DNA of 64,000 nucleotides from an uncultured Pelagibacteraceae bacterium (GTDB taxonomy: Bacteria; Pseudomonadota; Alphaproteobacteria; Pelagibacterales; Pelagibacteraceae), in contig CACIGO010000002.1 in NCBI GenBank assembly GCA_902586225.1, positions 12,702 to 76,701 of the forward strand. Reading direction: 5' to 3'. The notes under the pieces were generated by a model that did not search any database, was not told the DNA's origin, and saw only the letters and a list, made by a program, of their open reading frames with translations. Shown here in pieces: positions 57,680 through 64,000 of this stretch (position 1 is the first letter of the stretch; each line of letters starts with the position of its first letter). Position numbers and translations under genes: made by a program.

Positions 57680-57703
57680 AATAAAACTTAATGACTAAAA
57701 TCA

Positions 57704-57901
57704 ATGATCGAATTTTTATTTAAAGTATCACTACTAATTCTAGGTTTGATAGTAATCAGATTTGGCATTATTCAGATTAGAAAGTATAAAAAGGGAGAAA
57801 TTAGATCAAAGAATAATATTTTTAGTCAAATTTCATTTTTGATTTTCTTTGCAGCAATTATAGGGTTAGTTATTTATTCAATTTTAGGCTTACTTGAGTA
57901 A
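57704..57901 (+). CDS. Small two-TM hypothetical protein
   Basis: 65-aa ORF with two hydrophobic segments. Confidence 0.55.
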   Translation: MIEFLFKVSLLILGLIVIRFGIIQIRKYKKGEIRSKNNIFSQISFLIFFAAIIGLVIYSILGLLE

Positions 57902-57951
57902 GCTAATTTATCTCATATTATAATTTTTAAATTTCAATAAAGAGCTTGATT

Positions 57952-59379
57952 ATGAAAAAAATTATCTTAGTTTTTCTCAGTATTTTAGCAGTATTTAATT
58001 ATGCAAACGCTAAAGATTTTTTCTTAAATATAACTGATCAAATAGTAGAAAATGAGTTTCGACTAAGCTATGGAGTTTCAGTTACTGATGTTAACAAAGA
58101 TAATAAATATGATTTTGTGGTAACAGGCTTTGGTTTTAAAAATCTTGCTCTTTCTTATAAAGATGGAAAATTAATAAATATTGTAAACGAAAAAATATTT
58201 ACAGATGAAGAGAGAAGAACAATTGGTGTTGCCGCATGTGATATCGATCAAGATGGCTATGAGGAAATATATTTTTTAAATACTGATACATACAGTGGAT
58301 CAAAAATTTATTCTGATCGACTAATAGATTTAAATAACAATAAATTCGAAGATTTATTTGAAAAAGAAATCAATCAAAGTGAATTAAACTTAACTGCAGG
58401 TAGGTCAGTTGTTTGTGTAGATAGAAATGGTGATGGTGCATATGGTATTTATGTTGCAAATTATGGAGGTCCTACTCGATTTTATGAATTAATTAGAGAT
58501 CGAATAAAAGATCAAGCTAAATCATTATCAATTGATAAAATTACTGGAGGTAGAGCTATTGTTTCAGGACATATTCTTTCGGATAGATCTGATATTTTTG
58601 CAGCAAATGAGAGAGGAGACAACTTTTTATATTATAATTCTAAAGGCTCATTCCAAGATGTTGCTGAAGAGTATGCAGTTCAAGATAGTTTTGAAAATGG
58701 TAGAGGAACAGCTCTAAGTGATCTTTTATATAGAGGACGATTAGATATTTTATCTTCAAACTGGGATGGAATGCATAGAGCATACGTTTTAGACGGAGAT
58801 AAATTTAAAGATATATCAACATCTCCATACAACGATCCAACAAAAATTAGAACAGTTATTTCAGCTGACTTTGATAATGATGGATACGATGAAATTTTTA
58901 TGAATAATATTGGAGAACCAAATAAACTTTTCAAAGTTTTAGAGGGCGGAGTATTTAAAGAAATTAAAATGGAAAATGGTTTAGAGACTGTTGGTCTTGG
59001 AACTGGTGCGGCTGTTGCAGATGTTGACAGTGATGGAATTTTAGAATTATTAGTTTCACATGGTGAGTCAGGGTTTCAACCGTTAACTTTATATAAAGCA
59101 GATGTACAAAATTTTAATTATCTACGTATTAAACCACTTAATCAGTATGGAGCTCCAGCAAGAGGGGCAACAGTAACAATGAAATCAAATAAAAGAATTC
59201 ACTCAAAAACAATAGATGCAGGCTCAGGATATCTTTGTCAGATGGAACCCGTTGCTCATTATGGAATAAGAAAAGGTGAAAAAGAATTTAAAGTTGAAAT
59301 TAAATGGACTGATGGATCAATAGAAACATTTGATATTGATGAATTAAATAAAACTTACGAATTTAGACAAAAATTATAG
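57952..59379 (+). CDS. CRTAC1/ASPIC-UnbV family protein with FG-GAP repeats
   Basis: Signal peptide, repeated D-x-D/N-x-D-G motifs, C-terminal GSGYLCQMEPVAHYG..KWTDG. Confidence 0.85.
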   Translation: MKKIILVFLSILAVFNYANAKDFFLNITDQIVENEFRLSYGVSVTDVNKDNKYDFVVTGFGFKNLALSYKDGKLINIVNEKIFTDEERRTIGVAACDIDQDGYEEIYFLNTDTYSGSKIYSDRLIDLNNNKFEDLFEKEINQSELNLTAGRSVVCVDRNGDGAYGIYVANYGGPTRFYELIRDRIKDQAKSLSIDKITGGRAIVSGHILSDRSDIFAANERGDNFLYYNSKGSFQDVAEEYAVQDSFENGRGTALSDLLYRGRLDILSSNWDGMHRAYVLDGDKFKDISTSPYNDPTKIRTVISADFDNDGYDEIFMNNIGEPNKLFKVLEGGVFKEIKMENGLETVGLGTGAAVADVDSDGILELLVSHGESGFQPLTLYKADVQNFNYLRIKPLNQYGAPARGATVTMKSNKRIHSKTIDAGSGYLCQMEPVAHYGIRKGEKEFKVEIKWTDGSIETFDIDELNKTYEFRQKL

Positions 59380-59437
59380 GACAATACTACTCATTATATA
59401 GTGTTGAAAAATTATTTAGCTTTTATATATCAAACTT

Positions 59438-59581
59438 ATGACTATTTGTTCTTTATCATTATTGGCATTATTTGTTTCAGGAATTGTAATGTATCTTTTT
59501 AGAGAACCATCTGAGGAAGAAATAAAAAAATTCAATAACAAAACTCAAGACCGAAGTAATTGGTCAAATATGGGTTTTTAA
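59438..59581 (+). CDS. 47-aa single-TM protein (not in ORF track)
   Basis: MTICSLSLLALFVSGIVMYLFREPSEEEIKKFNNKTQDRSNWSNMGF. Confidence 0.45.
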   Translation: MTICSLSLLALFVSGIVMYLFREPSEEEIKKFNNKTQDRSNWSNMGF

Positions 59582-59592
59582 ATCATTAATAA

Positions 59593-60294
59593 ATGTACAG
59601 TATTAAAAATATAATAAGTCTTATTATATTTGTAATTTTTTTTTCAATTCCTATAAATTCTGTAAATTCTCAAGAAAAAAACTATTATCAAGATATTGTT
59701 AATGATTGGAATAAAATTTTCCCAGACAGAAATAGAAATGCAGCAGGTCCAAAATTTTTTAAATATATAATAGATAAAGATATTTCTTATGAAGATTTTG
59801 TAGAATATAACAAACTATACTGTGCAGTATCGGGTTCTTTAATAAGCCCAAACACAGTGCCAGAATATGTTTATTTAAGCGAAAATAATACGGGTAAGAA
59901 AATATGCGGTGAATATTATAGATGCTGCATTCCATGTTCCTGTGATTTAATGAAATATTCAAAAACAACTAAAATGAAACATAAATTTAAAGGCATAGAA
60001 AAAGAATTTTATGTTTTCACAATTGAAAATCCTTGTGGGAAAACAGATTTTCCTGAAAGGGTAAACAAAAAATATTTTTGTAATGGCAATGATTTAGATA
60101 CGAAACAAGTTTCAGTAGTAGACGGAAAACTGGTCATTGGTTTATTGCACAAAGCCAAAACCTGTACTCAATATAATGTTAATGCCATAGACAGGCACCA
60201 GGTGACAGGCAGATATTGCACTCTTCGAAACAATACTCCATTAGATCAGCTTCAGTCTGGCATGGGAGATATATTCATTAAACTTGCAAGATAA
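59593..60294 (+). CDS. Secreted Cys-rich hypothetical protein
   Basis: Signal peptide, 10 Cys including YYRCCIPCSCD. Confidence 0.75.
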   Translation: MYSIKNIISLIIFVIFFSIPINSVNSQEKNYYQDIVNDWNKIFPDRNRNAAGPKFFKYIIDKDISYEDFVEYNKLYCAVSGSLISPNTVPEYVYLSENNTGKKICGEYYRCCIPCSCDLMKYSKTTKMKHKFKGIEKEFYVFTIENPCGKTDFPERVNKKYFCNGNDLDTKQVSVVDGKLVIGLLHKAKTCTQYNVNAIDRHQVTGRYCTLRNNTPLDQLQSGMGDIFIKLAR

Positions 60295-60318
60295 TACCAA
60301 GATTATATATTCATCAAT

Positions 60319-60588
60319 ATGGTATTGTATAACGAAAAAATTAAACACCTTAGCTGTTCCGATTTAAGGGTATTTTTGAAAAGATTGGTCAAAGATAAGA
60401 TAGAAAAAGAATGGACCGAGGACTTCATTGATAATATGAACCTCGTAATAATCCCAAGAACGACAATAAAAAGACGTTATGAGAATAAGGGTATAGATAT
60501 GTCAAGACTGATTGATAATCCTACCTACTATCAACATGTAAAAAAGAGTGTCGACTCCCGAGGCAATCTCGAATTTAAAGATAGATAA
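60319..60588 (+). CDS. Hypothetical protein
   Basis: 89-aa ORF filling the gap, co-oriented with neighbours. Confidence 0.55.
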   Translation: MVLYNEKIKHLSCSDLRVFLKRLVKDKIEKEWTEDFIDNMNLVIIPRTTIKRRYENKGIDMSRLIDNPTYYQHVKKSVDSRGNLEFKDR

Positions 60589-60675
60589 TTTTTTTCCGAT
60601 ACGCCAATTTAATCTCTAGCACTGTATCCATATTTTCTGTAAGCTGTTTTAAAAAAACAAACTTAAGAGGGAAAT

Positions 60676-61650
60676 ATGAACAAATATTTTAAGATAATTG
60701 TTGTTTTATTATCATCTCTATTTTTAAGTTTTTCAGCAAATTCAACTGAAGTAAAATTTGGACACGTAGGAAAACCTGGATCTTTATTTTCTGCATCAGT
60801 TGATCATTTTGCTAAACTTGCAAATGAGAGATTAGGCAGCAAAGGAAAAGTAACTGTTTTTGGTTCTTCACAACTTGGTAAAGACAAACAAGGAATGCAA
60901 AAACTAAAATTAGGTACAGTTAACATGTGGTTACCTTCATCAGTAATGGCATCTATTCATGATGAGTTTGGTGTATTTGATATGCCTTTCATTATTAAAG
61001 ACAGAAAACACATGAATAAAGTTGAAAGCCAAGTTTTACCAGGAATGTTTAAAAATCTTGAAGATAAAACTGGATACAAAGTTATTGCTGTTTGGGAAAA
61101 TGGATTTAGACATATCACAAACAACACTAGACCAATTAATACTCCAGGTGATTTAAAAGGAATTAAATTAAGAACTCCTAAATCAAAATGGAGAGTTAAA
61201 ATGTTCCAATCATATGGCGCAAACCCAACTCCAATGTCTTTCTCAGAAGTATTTACTGCTTTGAAAACAGGAACAATGGATGGACAAGAAAACCCATATG
61301 CTCAGATTGCTAGTGCTAAATTCCAAGAAGTTCAAAAATATTTATCAATTACAGGTCACGTTTACACTCCTGCTTATGTAACAGTACATAAAGACCACTG
61401 GAGCAAACTACCTGCAGATGTACAAAGTATTTTAGAGCAAGCTGCTAAAGATACACAAAAATTTGTGTACGCTGAAGCTGCTAATCTTGAAAAATCTTTA
61501 TTGGGAGTTATCAAATCAGCTGGAGTTCAAGTCAACGAAGCTGACAAAGGTGCTTTCATTAGTGCAAGTAAAGGAATATACGATCAATTCGCGTCAGAAG
61601 TACCAACTGGTGGTGCGTTAATTGATAAAGTATCGTCTTTAGCAAATTAA
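60676..61650 (+). CDS. dctP: TRAP transporter substrate-binding protein DctP
   Basis: Signal peptide, WENGFRH, DLKGIKLR, PTPMSFSEV, DGQENP. Confidence 0.95.
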   Translation: MNKYFKIIVVLLSSLFLSFSANSTEVKFGHVGKPGSLFSASVDHFAKLANERLGSKGKVTVFGSSQLGKDKQGMQKLKLGTVNMWLPSSVMASIHDEFGVFDMPFIIKDRKHMNKVESQVLPGMFKNLEDKTGYKVIAVWENGFRHITNNTRPINTPGDLKGIKLRTPKSKWRVKMFQSYGANPTPMSFSEVFTALKTGTMDGQENPYAQIASAKFQEVQKYLSITGHVYTPAYVTVHKDHWSKLPADVQSILEQAAKDTQKFVYAEAANLEKSLLGVIKSAGVQVNEADKGAFISASKGIYDQFASEVPTGGALIDKVSSLAN

Positions 61651-61662
61651 CATAATTTGTAA

Positions 61663-61685
61663 CAGGCCCTCTATCAGAGGGCCTG
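61663..61685 (+). other. Intercistronic mRNA stem-loop after dctP (no U-tail on the coding strand)
   Basis: caggccctct-atc-agagggcctg, perfect 10-bp stem. Confidence 0.65.
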
Positions 61686-61694
61686 AAAAAAAAA

Positions 61695-62204
61695 ATGACA
61701 TTGCAAAAATTTATAAATTCTTACGAAAAAATATTAAAACTAATACTGTTTATAATGATGGTAGCATTAGCAGTAACAGTTTTACTTGGTGTTACTTTTC
61801 GTTTCGCTGGTAGTGCTTTGGTTTGGTATGACGAAGTTGCAGCTGTTCAGCTTGCTTGGATAACTTATTATGGTTCAGCATATGCTGCTTTGAAAGGTTC
61901 TCATATAAGTGTTCCAAGTATTTTCAAAGCATTTCCGTTAGCTCTCAGAAAAATTTTCTTTGTAGTATCAAAATTAGTTGTTTATGGTTTTTTAATATTA
62001 TTGGCTTATTACGGTTATTTAGTTTTAACTCTCATAACTGGAGAGACTTTAGTAACATTAGAGTGGGTACCACAACCTTTTGTTCAATCAGTTATTCCAA
62101 TTGCATCATGTTTATTTATTTTATCTGAAACTTTAAGAATCCCCGAAGATTATAAAAATTTAGTTCTTCAAACAACAGGTGACGAGCAAACAGGAGATAT
62201 TTAA
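61695..62204 (+). CDS. dctQ: TRAP transporter small permease DctQ
   Basis: 4 TMs, WYDEVA, GSHI. Confidence 0.9.
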   Translation: MTLQKFINSYEKILKLILFIMMVALAVTVLLGVTFRFAGSALVWYDEVAAVQLAWITYYGSAYAALKGSHISVPSIFKAFPLALRKIFFVVSKLVVYGFLILLAYYGYLVLTLITGETLVTLEWVPQPFVQSVIPIASCLFILSETLRIPEDYKNLVLQTTGDEQTGDI

Positions 62205-63487
62205 TGATAATTCTTACAATGTTTGCAGTCCTTCTACTTCTTTTATCTATAAATGTACCTATTGCTATTGGCCTTGCAGTAACAACAATTATTGCAATGG
62301 TGCTGAAAACTGGAACAAGTTTTCTAATTGATACAGCAATTGTTATGTTTGATGGATCAATGAAATTTCCATTGATTGCTATTCCTTTATTTATTTTAGC
62401 TGGATCAATTATGAATAGTGCGGGTATTTCTAGAAGATTAATTGCTTTTGCTTCAGCGCTTGTTGGATTTATCAAGGGTGGTCTTAGCATGATTAACATT
62501 GCCACCTCAATGTTTTTTGCTGAAATTTCTGGATCTGCAGTTGCTGATGTTGCTGCATTAGGATCTATTCTAATTCCAGCGATGAAGAAAAAAGGATATC
62601 CAGGTCCTTTCGCTGCTGCAGTAACTTCATCCTCAGCGTCTTTGGCGATTATTATTCCGCCATCAATACCAATGATTGTTTATGCGGTAATGGCTCAAAG
62701 TTCAGTAGTACAATTGTTTGTAGCTGGAATTGTTCCAGGTGTAATAGGCGGCTTCTTCTTAATGTTAGCAGCATATATTACTGCAAGACGTAAAAATTTT
62801 CCTGTTGAAGAAACATTTAATATTCCAAATGTTAAGAAAACTGCAAAAGATGCAGCATTAGCGTTTTTATTACCTATCATTATCTTAGGTGGAATTTTTG
62901 GAGGAGTTGTAACTGCAACTGAAGGAGCAGGTCTAGCGGTTGTAGCATCATTAGTTATTGGATTTATTTATAAAGAAATAGATTTTAAAAGATTATACGA
63001 GTCGGCTTGTGAAGGAGCAATTCAAACAGCTTCAGTAATGTTATTAGTAGCTGCGTCTGTATTACTTGGTGAATTTTTAACAATTGAACAAATTCCACAA
63101 AAAGTTGCAGAGTCAATTATTGATTTTACAAATAATAAATATGCAGTCTTAGGAATACTAAATGTATTTCTTTTAGTAATAGGTTTCTTTTTACATTCGG
63201 TTGCTGCAATAATTTTAACAGTCCCAATTGTAATGCCATTAGTTAATGCTGTAGGAATTGATCCAGTTCATTTTGGTATAATTGTGACATTAAATTTAGC
63301 AATCGGTCAACAAACACCACCAGTTGCAAGTGTTCTTGTTACAGCTTGCTCAGTTGCAAAAGCAGACATATGGGATGTAACAAGATCGAATATATCCTTT
63401 ATATGTGTGTTATTAGTATTGTTAATGTTAGTAACTTATGTACCAGCTATACCGATGACATTAGTTGAGTTTTTTTATAGGAGCTAA
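62204..63487 (+). CDS. dctM: TRAP transporter large permease DctM
   Basis: AIPLFILAG, SGSAVAD, IIPPSIP, TATE, DPVHFG, TPPV. Confidence 0.95.
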   Translation: MIILTMFAVLLLLLSINVPIAIGLAVTTIIAMVLKTGTSFLIDTAIVMFDGSMKFPLIAIPLFILAGSIMNSAGISRRLIAFASALVGFIKGGLSMINIATSMFFAEISGSAVADVAALGSILIPAMKKKGYPGPFAAAVTSSSASLAIIIPPSIPMIVYAVMAQSSVVQLFVAGIVPGVIGGFFLMLAAYITARRKNFPVEETFNIPNVKKTAKDAALAFLLPIIILGGIFGGVVTATEGAGLAVVASLVIGFIYKEIDFKRLYESACEGAIQTASVMLLVAASVLLGEFLTIEQIPQKVAESIIDFTNNKYAVLGILNVFLLVIGFFLHSVAAIILTVPIVMPLVNAVGIDPVHFGIIVTLNLAIGQQTPPVASVLVTACSVAKADIWDVTRSNISFICVLLVLLMLVTYVPAIPMTLVEFFYRS

Positions 63488-64000
63488 ATGAGTAAATTAA
63501 TTAAAGTAAATAAAAAAAATAAACATTTAGTTGAAGTTGTTATTAATAGACCCGAAAAATTAAATGCAATGACCAAGCCAATGTGGATTGAGCTTGGCAA
63601 AGTATTCAAAAAGTTATCTAAAAATAAAAATTTAAGATGCATCATAATAAGAGGAGAGGGTGGTAAATCTTTTTCACCAGGAAATGATATTGGAGAATTT
63701 AAAAAACAAAGGTCTTCATCAAAATTAGCAAAATCTTACGGCAAATTTTTACACGGAACACTAGGAGCAATTTTTGATTGTCCAATACCAACAATTGCTT
63801 TGATAGAGGGCATATGTGTTGGTGGAGGATTAGAAATAGCAGGATGTTGTGACATAAGAATTTGTGGCAAAAGCTCTAGGTTTGGAGTTCCAATTAAAAG
63901 ATTAGGCTTAACAATGGCTGCAAAAGAACTTGAGGTACTTTTAAAAGTGACCAATTACACAACTGCAATGGAAATATTGTTTGAAGGAAGAGTCTTTGGG
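63488..64000 (+). CDS. Enoyl-CoA hydratase/isomerase family protein (truncated by window end)
   Basis: Manual translation: INRPEKLNAM, FSPGNDI, PTIALIEGICVGGGLEIAGCCDIR. Confidence 0.9.
   Translation, partial: MSKLIKVNKKNKHLVEVVINRPEKLNAMTKPMWIELGKVFKKLSKNKNLRCIIIRGEGGKSFSPGNDIGEFKKQRSSSKLAKSYGKFLHGTLGAIFDCPIPTIALIEGICVGGGLEIAGCCDIRICGKSSRFGVPIKRLGLTMAAKELEVLLKVTNYTTAMEILFEGRVFG

Noticed and set aside
1508-63954. Many 60-130 aa ORFs in the track lying antisense or out of frame inside longer genes (e.g. 1508-1822, 13811-14149, 27178-27513, 43171-43362, 62116-62505, 63736-63954)
   Set aside because: They overlap well-supported genes and show no motifs or SD; they are typical shadow ORFs
1-64000. 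CRISPR arrays, transposases, integrases, prophage or anti-phage defence genes
   Set aside because: No regularly spaced repeats or hallmark motifs were seen; the cNMP-domain fusion has no adjacent cyclase, so a Pycsar/CBASS call is unsupported

Overview
AT-rich, densely packed bacterial DNA with very short or overlapping intergenic spaces. Gene content points to SAR11/Pelagibacterales: aprMBA without sat in the window, a TPP riboswitch-thiV unit, tauABC, amtB, HU and rseP. The dominant theme is organosulfur catabolism: HpsN-like dehydrogenase, pta, a ComC/Ldh-type dehydrogenase, tauABC with an omega-aminotransferase and ald, two TauE exporters, aprMBA, suyAB and xsc. Housekeeping genes are interspersed (mnmA, recX, cysQ, metC, pab genes). 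An accessory block at about 52-60.6 kb holds a photolyase, a cNMP-acyltransferase-SGNH fusion, a pilin, a CRTAC1-like protein and hypothetical genes. A TRAP transporter and a truncated enoyl-CoA hydratase gene close the window. Best candidates for new biology: (1) an uncharacterised catabolic module (ABC importer, MetE-like Zn enzyme, two SnoaL proteins, cupin, HAD) attached to hpsN; (2) a HIT protein next to aprMBA that could replace the missing Sat; (3) the 863-aa cNMP-PlsC-SGNH fusion; (4) several unannotated non-coding or micro-ORF elements, namely a 9-codon peptide with a perfect SD in a structured terminated transcript, an anti-SD sRNA candidate, a CCCUCCC-loop hairpin after amtB, a 27-aa K/R-rich protein and a TPP riboswitch with an altered pyrophosphate-sensing arm. 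No rRNA, tRNA, CRISPR array or mobile element was recognised. All family calls come from motif recognition by eye, not database searches.
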